A stretch of DNA of 64,000 bases. It comes from the human T2T-CHM13v2.0 reference genome, Homo sapiens. The DNA lies in the NCBI RefSeq assembly GCF_009914755.1, contig NC_060932.1. One strand, given 5' to 3'. The first letter of the stretch is position 1, and each line of letters starts with the position of its first letter. The position numbers were made by a program, and so were the translations under genes. The notes under the pieces were generated by a model that saw only the letters and a list, made by a program, of their open reading frames with translations, did not search any database and was not told where the DNA came from. Shown in pieces: positions 30,158-42,075 of this stretch.

Positions 30158-33100
30158 TGTGCCCAGAAAAGTCATATGCTATGGCCATCAACTGGAACTA
30201 ATCCAAAATATTTCAGTTATATTCTGTCTTCATTAGTTGAACAAGGCTCTAAGGAACCATCTTAAGAAAAATCATGTCATAACTGGCTTAGAGTAAATAA
30301 TTTTTGTTCCAAGAATTTAAGTCGTGTTTTGCTCATGACTTCAGTCAATGTACCAAGCTAACCAGATAGTTCCATAGGCTTAAAGCATATTGAGTCTCTA
30401 AACATGAACTGAAATCCATTATATTTCTTAAACATAATCTTTATGTTAGAGTATGTGTGGACAAAGAGTAGTGCATGTACTTAATAATATTATATAATGT
30501 TTGTTTGATTATATAATTTTATCACATTGAGAGTATACTCCTGGATAGACATTTAGCAAATGACCATCATGATTTGGGCTATTCAGACACTCGGGACAGG
30601 TCAAGAATGAAAAAGTAGAGGAAGCTTATGTAAACTGAGGCAGACTTGTTGAGATTGGAGAATCGGTCATGGAAAAAAAAAGAAGGTCCAGGTCAAAAAA
30701 TAACAAAAGAGTCAATGAGGGAACTAAGGACAGACCCATTTGCTACAACTGGGCACAGAGTGGGAGTTTAGTCACAGTCAAATGACCTAATTGCAGGAAT
30801 TAAGTCACCAAGTCAGAGAAGAAAAACATAGCAAAATCAACCTGATGTGATTCAGGGGTCCAAGAAGTGTGTACTATTCCTTCTCTCCAGATACAGGATC
30901 CATCTTAGAGTCTGTGTATGGGGGACTGGTGGTCTCATTCATGAATATTAGAGGAAAGGAGAGAGTGGAAAGACATGAATCAACAAATCATTGCATAACT
31001 GGATGCGCTGTCCACTGGGATAGGAAAAAGAAGTATAAATGTATTCTAAGATTTGTCAGCCTTTTTTTAATGAGGCTTTCTACGTAACTTGACAAGTCAA
31101 ATTATATTCATCATCCATTTTTAAGCTTATTTCAGTGATGTTGAATCTTTACTCTGCCCCAAATATCATAGAGATGAGTAATATATATGAGCTGTATGCC
31201 TAACTGGAAGGCCAGATACTCAGCCTAGAAGGCCCCACGGCAGAGTTATCAAGGTCCCTTTTCCCAGGCATCCACAAGGCAAGACAGAAATGGCTTTCCT
31301 AACACCAGAGGTGCCAAAAGAGGCTCAATGGCTGGAGTCCTTAGGGAAATTTACAGAGGTGAAGGGATAGTAAAGAAGAAATCTGATAAGATTTGGAGAC
31401 TGAGCATGGGGAAAAAGACTAGTAAGTTTCCTCTTAAATGATGACTGTCCAGCTGTGATTTTAAGCATCTCTTTTACTCCACTGTGGCCTAAGATTCTGG
31501 CATAATGAGACTCAAGTTAGATTTTTTTTTTAAACCAAGTAGTTGAAATTAATAGAAGTTTTAAACAAAAACATGGGAGTTAGGCCTACTTCCCCAAATG
31601 GCATAATTAAAGTGGTTCCACTAATTTTTTGAGTAGAGTATCCAGCATGGCAAAAAACCCAAACAAACAAAAAGAAAGCCATCTCAGTAGTGGAGACATA
31701 AAGTAAGTCTGTTAAGAGACTAACCAGGACAAAATGATTCTGTTCAATAGCCAATTTTCCAAAGGACATAAGAAAGATCTATGTATAAAATTTATGCTTT
31801 AATATAATTAAAATACAACTATAATGAATCTCAATCTGGTTTACAAGAATCAAACACTTTATAGAAAAACCAATATCAACAGAACAGCAAAGAAAGCAAG
31901 TTACTCAATAGAATGGAAACATCTATCAGCATTTGTCAGCATTTATCATTACACTTGAAACAAAACACAAGGAAACCATTGGTTTGAAAACATTGGCGTC
32001 TGTCACATCTGTTGGTTTAATATTGCAAAGTAGCACCTGTTACAATGTTATACATTTAGTTTTCTAAATAATAGTAATTGAAATTAATGTGATTTTAGAA
32101 ATTTTTAGGGATCAATGGAAAGAAACTCTGGTGCTACAGATCAAGGATATGAATCACTATTGTGAAAGATGAGAGAGGAACTTTGAAAGAAATAGAAATG
32201 ACTTTGTTATGGCTTTAAGTTAAAGTATAGCTCCTCCCCTCAATCCTAATGTATTCTATGTCCCATGTGTAGCATGTCACTGTAAAACATCATTCAATTT
32301 CGTTTAATACAGTAGTGTGTGCCTTGACTACCAGAAAAACTTCAAAATCAAAAAAGATTAAATGTGAATTAAACTGAGTAGCAATGTGTAGCTGTTAGAT
32401 AATTTATTTTTCTATTGCAGCCATCATACAGCTTCCATAGGGAATGGTTTAGAACTCTGAGTGTGTGGTGAGGAATTTAGCTTGAGTTGCTTTAGGATAC
32501 AACTGGTTGCTTCAGCAGAGGGTGAATGGAAAGGTAAGAGGCATCTGAGTCAGCTCACAGGGCATGTCTTCTTTAATGGACAGAGGTGTCACTTTTCATT
32601 TCAAGCATCCTTTGAAAATGCCCACTTTTACCAATTTTCCTATTATTAATTGGCTATTCTTAAAAGGGGAAAAGAATAGAAGATAAGAAGGTTTGAAGAG
32701 AGATTGTAGCTGCATAAATCTTCACTACCAAGTAGACATTTTGCTATAATCAGAAGACATTTAAGCCTCTTAGATTAAAAAGTGCAATTTGATCTGAAAA
32801 AAAAATTGCTTATAATTTTTGCGCAAACTCAGAATGTTAACAGTTAGTAACGGAAGTGGTGCAGGGAATATAGTCATGTTCTTACTGTGATACTGGCCCT
32901 GTGATTTAGGTAAACTATTGACCACACCCTTAGGCTGTTATATGTTGGTAGGAAAAACCCACCATCTAAGTACTGGGAAGTTTAAATGTCATACTTTTTG
33001 TGGGTCTCCAGCATGGTAATGAGAGCACAGTTTGCTCCTCTGAAGATTTCACTCTTTCTCTGTCTGAGGTTGTCAACAGCCTAAGTGAAAAGAAGGTGTG

Positions 33101-33499
33101 GAGGAGGTAGAGCTGTCTACAGAGAGATGGCATGCTTTCAGAGATATAAGCAATGTGATTTCCACTTTTATCTACTGCCTGGAATTTCATTATATCTATC
33201 TTTTTAGAACAGAAGTCCTCAAATTTTAGTGTGATAAGAACCACATGGGGGTCTATTACAATGCAGTTATTTGGGCCCCACTGTCTCTCTCAGGACTACT
33301 GCACCAAAAGCAACTAAGGCTTGTCCTAGAACCTAGAACTCTGGGGTAATCATACACACTTGTTCAGGATTTGAAATCCTGTTCAAATTTTCATCTTTAC
33401 TATACTTCCTCATGCTTGCCTTGAAATCTTATGCCAGGCTTCAAAATGGAAAAGTTGGGGGAAATGTCCATATTATCTGAGAAGATAGTAAAGAACACT

Positions 33500-33815
33500 G
33501 GATTGTCAGTTTCTAGGCTCAAATAAGCTATGTTGAGGGTATTGCAGGAGATGGCAGGTGTGACATCAAAGTCACTGTGGTAATTATTTGAAAAGCATGG
33601 AGCCTGGGAGAGATGCCAAGACTGGAAAAAAACAAATGTCTTTACTTTTAAGGGGAAAATCAAAGGATAGAAATAGAAAGTACAGATAGATGACTTTGGC
33701 ACACAATTTTTAAAAGATAATTAAAGAAAATGTTTATGAGCCATTAAAGAGAATGTGGAATCAACATAAGTTCATTAAGATACAACTATGCCAAAAAAAG
33801 TCATTTCTTTTCTAC
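33500..33815 (+). mobile_element. CR1/L3 LINE ORF2 relic
   Basis: 'ttatttgaaaagcatggagcctgggagagatgccaagactggaaaaaaacaaatgtc' mirrors the CR1 RT-upstream motif IFEKSW-xxGEVPEDWK-xANV. Confidence 0.65.
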
Positions 33816-34412
33816 ATAAAAAAGAGGGGGACCTTCTATTTCTGGCAATATGGCAGAGTAGATGAACAGGAAAAATCCTCATAGAATAAAATATTAGATT
33901 TATTTTTAAAAATTTTTAAATGTCATTTTTAGGCTTGGCTGAGCTGAGAGTAAAAGAAGACAATCTATACCAGAAAGCAGGATTGTACGTGGATAAGTAG
34001 GGAAAAAGCTGTGTTTGCCTGGGGACATCTGCCTGTTTGATGGCCTAGATCTGGGCTTTAAGAGGCAGGTGTGGGTGGGCACCAAGACAAAGCCTAAGAC
34101 CCAAGCCCGGAAGGAGATCAGATCAGATATCACCATGCATCTGCCTTAGAACTTTGGGATTAGGTGAAATCTCTGAATTCTTAATCACAAGCCACCATGT
34201 GCACAATTTGCAGCCAGAATTTCAACTACATGTGTGGCCTGAAATTTCCCAGTGGAAAATCTGGTTTAAAGTGGCCCTATGTGCTGGGGGAACACAATCT
34301 CTCAATGGGAACAACTCTAAACATAAGTCACAGGTATTCTCCAAGATAAAGATGCAAGAACATTTAGAAAATGCAACATTGAAAAAGATACCATTTAAAA
34401 TAACTACTCAGA

Positions 34413-34768
34413 CATAAAAAGGAACAAAGTAATAGCACTCGCAGCAACCTGGATGGAATTGGAGACTATTATTCTAAGTGAAGTAACTCAGGAATGGAAA
34501 ATCAAACATCTTATGTTCTCACTCATAAGTGGGAGCTATGAGAATGCAGAGGCATAGGAATGATACAGTGGACTTTGGGGATCCAGGGGAAGGGGTGGGA
34601 GGCGGGTGAGGGATAAAAGACTACACATTGGGTGCAGTGTACACTGCTTGGGTGATGGATGCACCAAAATCTCAGCAATCACCACTAAAGAACTTATTCG
34701 TGTAACAAAACACCACCAGTTTCCCATAAACTTACTGACATTAGAAAATAAATAAATAAATAAAATAA
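34413..34768 (+). mobile_element. L1PB1-like 3' end
   Basis: 'agtgaagtaactcaggaatggaaaatcaaacat...gggataaaagactacacattgggtgcagtgtacactgcttgggtgatgg', followed by an A-rich tail. Confidence 0.88.
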
Positions 34769-35039
34769 AGATTCAGTATCTTAGAAGAAATCCAGCAAAA
34801 AAAAGAAATGCCCAAGTCTTTTATGGGAGAAAAGTGTGCAACATTCTTGAAAGACATTTGAAGGTATTTCATGTTCTATGATAGGAAGACTTAATATTGT
34901 AAAGATATTAATTCTCTCCAAACTGGTGAATCAATGAACTTTGCAAGCATAATCCCAATAGGGTTTTATATGGAACTTGATAAACTAATTCTATTGATAT
35001 GGAAAAGCAAAGACCTCTAAATAGCCAAAACTCCCTTTA

Positions 35040-35426
<387 letters not shown>

Positions 35427-36979
35427 GACAGTGTGATCCTGAGGCAAGGATAGGTCAATGGAAGAGAATACAGAGGCCAAAAATTGACTTATACTTATGT
35501 TGAGCTTTGATGAATGCAGAGCTGCTGTCATAGCTCGATGTTCAATACATGGCACTGAGGCAGTTGGTTATCTATTAAGAAAAAAATCTAAGACAATTGC
35601 TTTATGACCTAGTTGATAGAGTTGTTTCTTTTAAAGACAATGAATACCATAAGGAAAATTTTGGCAAACTCAAGTATATTAAGATCTTCTTTATATTAAA
35701 AGACACTACAACAAGAATGAAGAAACAAGCCAAAAACTGGAAAAATGGCATTTCCTCACATTATTGTCAAAAGGTCAATGTCTAGAATAAACGCAGAACT
35801 CCTAAAAATCAATAAGAAGACAACCAACCCAATCAAAGAATGAGAAACATACATGAACAGGGATTCCACAGAAAAGGAACCACAAAGACCTATCAATGCC
35901 CAGTCACGTTAGTAACCAAGGTAAAACCACAGTGAGGTACCATGCTGCATCAGCCATGGTGGCACAGATTTAAAGCATCAAAGTTTGACTGGTTTGTAGG
36001 GTAACAGGAACCTTTAAGCCCTGCTGTGGAGTATAAATTGATACAATCATTGTGAAAATCCTTTTAATATTACTTAGTAAATCTGAACATGAAAACGCAC
36101 TATTAGCAGCAACTGTACTCCTAGTTATGCTCCCTAGAGAAACTCTTGTCCAACAGAGCACATGTACGAGAATGTTCATAGTGTTAGTCATAATAGCAAA
36201 GAACTAGATACAAGTTAGTCATAATAGCAAAGAACTAGATACAAGTAAAAAGTTAAATTGATATAAAAATAGTATATGAAAATGAATGAAACCCATGTGG
36301 AGGGATCTAAAAATATTATATTAATGGGGAGAAAAGTAAGTCACATAAGAACACATGGGGTATTGTGATTCCATTTATATAAATTCTGAAAAAGAAAAAT
36401 TTAACAATAGTATTTCTGAATACATACATACATATGTGGTAAAAATTTAAAATAAAGGAAAGTTAATAATAACACCAAATTCAGGTTAGCAGCTATCTTT
36501 GGGGGAAGGTGGGAAACGAAATCATGGAACAGTAGTACCCAGAGAGCATCAAATATACTGGCACTGACCTATTTCTTAGGCTTGAGATAGATATATGAGT
36601 GCCTGCTTATTATTATTTTTCACAGTACCTATATGTTAGTTGCACGTTTTTGTTTATGACATGTTACAGTAAATTTTAAGTGCTGTGTGGATGATTAATA
36701 CATATATGGTAATAGTCATAGTGCATATTAATTTTATTATAGAGAAAGCTTTGACACTTGGGTTTATTCAAAGATAACGTAACTATCGACCTGAGAATAT
36801 TTTTTGGATGGTTTCAAGTATGCCATGGGACTTTGGCCTAAGGCCTGAACTCCTTCTTGTTCATAACTTGCGCAGGTGTTTACCTGGGGGCCCAATCACC
36901 CCCTCATTAAAGTGTTTACCTACCACGAGATTATCATATGAGCTATTGCTGAATTGACAGTTTCTTATGCTAAGACTGC

Positions 36980-37280
36980 CTAAATTTCCTCTATTAGTGT
37001 GTCTTAGAATCTAGGACCAGGCTGATAGAAAGGAAAATGAAACAAGGTGTAGGAAATAAAGATCTGAAATCATAGTGGGTGAACAGGTCATTACAACATA
37101 GATGACAGTGACCTGCAAGTATTAGAAGTCAGTTACATGAAAAGGCAAAGAGACTTCTGCATTGCTCCTGAGGAGTTCTTTGCACATTTCAGGGAGGCAG
37201 AATTTAGCACATTATGAGAAAGAACATTGCAAAAATTCTAGTTATTCAAAGAAAGCTGAAAAATGAGGCAAGAAGCTCTC
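36980..37280 (+). mobile_element. CR1/L3 3' relic
   Basis: 'cagggaggcagaatttagcacattatgagaaagaacattg' resembles the L3 3' region. Confidence 0.5.
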
Positions 37281-38739
37281 TAGTAGGTGTTTTATTCCTG
37301 CTGACAGTCCCACTGCCTCTGATTTGAAACCCGATTATTATAATGACTATCTTTATCCCATAAATGGGGAGCATGTTGAATAGAAAGGCAGAGTCTCATA
37401 TGATTGTCATTGCACCCCCATAAGATAGCATTGTGTATAGCCTATCATAGATGCTCCAAACTAAACAGAGCTGGTGCAAGTGACTTAAGTTGAGGCTGAA
37501 CTGCTTTGCTCCAGGAAACAATGCCAGTTCCTTCCCTTGATAAAAATACTTATCCTTGGCTTATACCAGTTTGATTCTCAGTTCCAGTCTCTCTGTTATG
37601 TCTACATATCCTGATCACAGTCTGGAAGTAGTACTGAGGATTGATTGAGGAGCATGTGAACTCCACCAACAGAGACGGAGAAAGGGGATCAGGACTATGA
37701 GAAAGACAGATGCTGCGGAGGCCAGAGAGAAAGCAAATGCAGATGTTGAGGAAAGGATGGGTATTTCCATAAGTCATGGTGAATGATGTCACTTCAAATA
37801 TTCATATGACATATAACTCCTATAAACGACTTTACCAGCTCAGGATACAAATATACCATCACCTCTTACATCCTCAGATTATCATTTAAATCCTCTGAAC
37901 TGTTAGTAGAAAATACAGAATTCTTTTTAAGACCTCTCCTACACTAACACCACATCCAGTTGCCAAAGGGGGAAAAGGAGGGAAAGGCCCTGGGAGTCTA
38001 CACTCTGCTAGTTTGGGTTGAAGAGGGACAGTTGCAGTTCCGCCTCTAAGTACAGGCTTCTGATTCTTTCCTGCCTCTTGTTGCCACGTGGTATACGTGA
38101 AAGGACTGTCCTGGTCAGTCTTGCAAAAGTGAGTCCCTTGGCCATGACGTTCCACGTAGTCCCTGATGGTGACTCACACCTGGATCTTTGTCTACGAATA
38201 GATGCTCAGCATTGTTTCCCATTGCCTTTTGTACCACTTGGTGTCTGTTACCCCATAGTCTTCCAGGTAAACCCAATACAGTTTTCCAACTTTGGGTCTC
38301 AGGGAGGGAGCATCAGCTAGCATTGTTTCCTTTCTTATCAGAAAGCACTTCCTTCCTTTTGCATCACATGACGTATTTATCATCTTGAGTGTCTCCCTCT
38401 GAAGTGGGTCCCACTGAAGAAATTCTTCAAGCAGCAAAGACATCAACCTCAAAAAATAACAAAGTTCTAAAAAGTAACAGCTGGGCCAGGTGTCCCATTA
38501 AATCTCCACCTTGATTTAAAATAAAGCTCAAGGTGAGTAAAACCCGAATGAACAAGGGCAATTTTAAGGTATCCTCCTATTGCCCTAAGGCAAATGGATG
38601 TCCCAAAAACAAACTCCGTGAATTCAACTCCAAAAGCACGGAAGTCTAAACTAGCTTGTCAGTACAGCTGTCTTTACTGTGTTATTTCTCACACTACTCC
38701 ACACAACTCTCTACAATTCTTTTTTTTTCTAGTTCAAAC

Positions 38740-39330
38740 TTTCTCATTTTATTTTCCTCAATATATAATTTTGAAAAATTCAATCCTATAGGAAAGTTAT
38801 AGGGAAAGCATGATGAAAAGTCATATACCCTTCATCTAGATTCACTAATCTCTTTCTGCACATATATGTGTGTGTGTGTGTATGTGGTGTGTGTGTGTGT
38901 GTGTGTTTATGCATGGGTATTCAGTGAACCATTTGACAATTAGTTCCAGATATCACAATATTTCAGCACACATCTCCTAAGAATAAGAATGCCCTCCCAT
39001 ATTACACTGTACAATGTCTCTCTCAGGAAATTAACATTGCTTCAATACCATTACAGTTCATATTCAGGTTCTTCCTTTTTTCCCACTTTTCTCTCTCTTT
39101 CCAATCAAAGAGCTTGTATTACATTTAGTTGTCGTGTTTATCCAATCTTCTCGACCTGTTATGTATTCACATGACTGATGAACAATTCCTCAAACTGTTA
39201 GGTAGTTCGTATTGCTGATGTTTTTGAAGACTTCAGGCCTGCTGTTTTGTGAATGTCCCTTTGTCTGTATTTGTACAGCTTCTCCCCCATAATTAGGTTC
39301 AGATTAGACCATTGTTGGCAGTTATATTAA
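38740..39330 (-). mobile_element. L1MC-type 3' fragment
   Basis: 'catacccttcatctagattcacta', 'catctcctaagaataagaat', 'acatttagttgtcgtg', 'ttaggttcagatta'. Confidence 0.65.
38866..38906. repeat. (TG)n microsatellite, interrupted
   Basis: Visible TG runs. Confidence 0.9.
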
Positions 39331-39403
39331 ACATCCTCTTTAAATATCTCTTTCTCTAAAATGCCTTTCCTCGAGGCAGCTTTCACATCTCTGTGGCTCT
39401 CTC

Positions 39404-39661
39404 CAGGGCTTGATGATGACTTTAATGGGCCCTGGGCGTGTTTCCCTTCATGGACCTCTTTCTCCATAAAAAATATTAATAATTATATTTTACAATTGTG
39501 TTGGTATAAGGGCTAATATAATCCATCTGTATTTATTATTATATATTATTATATTCATTTATTTATCCCAATTTTAAAAGAAATGAAAATTAAAGTGTCC
39601 CATGAGCCCCTAAACGTACCAGGGGCCTGAGGCACTGAGCACAATGGGCAAGGTGGCCCTG
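39404..39661. mobile_element. Non-autonomous hAT DNA transposon (ORSL-like, hAT-Tip100)
   Basis: Terminal inverted repeats cagggc...gccctg; degenerate 8-bp TSD gctctctc/gctcttcc; AT-rich core shared with 63790-64000. Confidence 0.75.
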
Positions 39662-40229
39662 GCTCTTCCTCCCTCGCCCCAAGGGTTCTCTGTCTGTCTC
39701 TGTCTCTCTGTCACTCTCACCAAATTCCCCAGCCCCGCCAGCTCTGTGTCTTATTCCCTGCTTCTGCTGATAGAGAATACATCCCTCTCTCAGGGGCCCA
39801 GTTCACCTTCCCTCAGCTCTCCCTTTTCTTCTCCAGGCACGCCCATCACCCTCTCTACCCGAGACTCCGCTTCTTCAGGCAGGCTTCAGGGAAGGAGCCA
39901 GTCATGTGTTCTGCCCTGAATTTACTATGAGAAATTGGATCCCACAGTCCCTGGCAGTTTTTTGCCATTTTCTTCCTCTGTCAGTTTAACTTTCATCACT
40001 ATGGGGACTTCACAAGATGAAATCAGCTAACTCGTAGCACAGAAGACTGCAGTTTGAGGCAGAGAACTTTTCTTCAGTCAAGACTGTGAATATCTAAACA
40101 ATGTTAATGAATATGAGTTTGCTGACTGATGCTGTGAGAGCCCTTTCTTTGGAATGTGTAGATGTTTAATATTCGTTACTGACACCCAGGGACAGCCTGA
40201 AGCCTCTTGCTTCTTCCTAACCTAATCTC

Positions 40230-40450
40230 AGCTTCCACTTGTTTAGCAATTATTATGTTCCAGGCCCCCTGCAAAGCACTGTATATCAGCTCACTTAATT
40301 TCCACACAAGCTTCTCTTACAGGGATACCATGACCCCCATTACATAGATGGAGCAGCTGAGGCTTCCACGTTTTTAAGTAACTTGCCCCAGCTCTCCTGT
40401 GATAAGAGACAGGCAGGATTCATTCCAGGTCTGCCTGACTCCCACATTCC
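40230..40450 (-). mobile_element. MIR
   Basis: 'ccccattacatagatggagcagctgaggct...taagtaacttgccccag'. Confidence 0.7.
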
Positions 40451-41469
40451 CAAGGTCGATCTGCAGGAAGGCCATGGGCCTGGAGATGGGGTAGTGGATG
40501 AGGGAAGTGGGTGGGGAATGGGATTCTCTACTGCGTGTTCTCTCTTCCCCAGAGGGAAAGCACAATTTGTCCTGTATTTTAATCCATTTCCTTATTTATT
40601 GGGTCCTTGGAAATTCTTAGGGTAAATTTCCATAAGAAAAAAAAGTTTTTTGTGCAGCCTCATTCTATTACTTAAACACAATCATTCTCTTCTTAGTCTC
40701 AGGTTCTCTACCAGTAAATCAGTACATTCTGACTCACAGAATAGACCTCTACGTAGCAAGCATCGAGCACTTAATAAACGCCTCTTACTGTCAGCACTAA
40801 ATATCACATTTTAGTAATTGGCAACATTCTAAAGTTCTAAAGTTAAAGTTATAAAATAAAAAGAGTTTAGATGGAAAAAAAGGAAAATGTGAAATACTAA
40901 CAAACCTATGTCCTTTCATTATTTAAAAAACGAAACTCATTTGAAATTGCTCTATGTGCAGTTAAATACTTCAGTCATTATTTGACTCGAGTGTTTTTTT
41001 GGAGAAGAGACGTATTTCTGGACTTGGGCTATCTGTACAATAAAAGCCAAAGATGCAGTACTTTGTTTTCTAATAAAAAGAAGAAGAAAAGCAAGTGGCT
41101 TGGTTTTTTGATGATGCCCAGGATCCCTATGAACAGAGACATGAGGCGAGCATGGCTCTGTGAGTAACAGAAGCCTGTTCATTACTGGGCTGAGCTGTGG
41201 CTCGCCAGCCAACACTCAGCACTGGGTAATGAAGGAAATTGCTGTGTGGGCGGGCAGGCAGTAAAACGTGTCTGCGGGAAAGGCTGTGACTAAGTCTCCC
41301 CTAATCAGTGTATCATCAGTGGAGCTGGGGCGGGAACTGTATCGGTGAGGGGCCTTCCATGGTCACGCTCCTGTTCCCGGTCCCACGTGAAAGCTCTGCC
41401 CCAGGACTCTGATTGCTCCAATCCTAGGGGATGGGGGTTGTGTTTTGGGACATTTAAACTTAGTTTGCT

Positions 41470-42075
41470 TAAAACTCAAAGTATGAAATAAATATACATG
41501 AATCCACACTGATATAAATAAAGATTGAATAAACAAATGAGTGGGGGAGAAGAGACAACCCTTCCTTATAGAAAAATTCCTAATACTTCCTTCTTCAGGA
41601 GACAGAGTTTAATTTGTTCCACCCTTACCCCTTTGGGGATGGGCTAGACCTAGAGATTGTCCAAATAATAGAGTAGGGAAGAGCAAAATGGTAACTTTGC
41701 AGTGGAGAGATGTGGCAGACATCACCTTAACCAAGAGATGGAGGTCAGCGTCACCAAGGATGTTGCATGGGTCTCATGTACCCCCTGATACTATGTAATG
41801 AGAAGTCTTCACCTCTGTAGTACTCTTTCCAAAAATTCCCAACCCCAGTCTAATCTTGAGGAAAACATCAGACAAACCCAGATTTTCTGGATTCCTAGTC
41901 AGTATGCCTTAACACTGTTAAGGTCAGGAAAGACAAGATAGAAAATCTGTCACAGACCAGAGGAGACTAAGGAGACATGATGACTGGATGAAATGTGGTG
42001 TCCGGAACTGGATCCTGGAAAAGGAGGAGGCCATTCCTCAAAAACCTAGTAAAACCAAATAAAATGAGTCCTAAC
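41470..42075 (+). mobile_element. L1MC-type 3' UTR fragment
   Basis: 'gtaactttgcagtggagaga...caccttaaccaag', 'gagactaaggagacatga...actggatcctggaa'. Confidence 0.75.
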
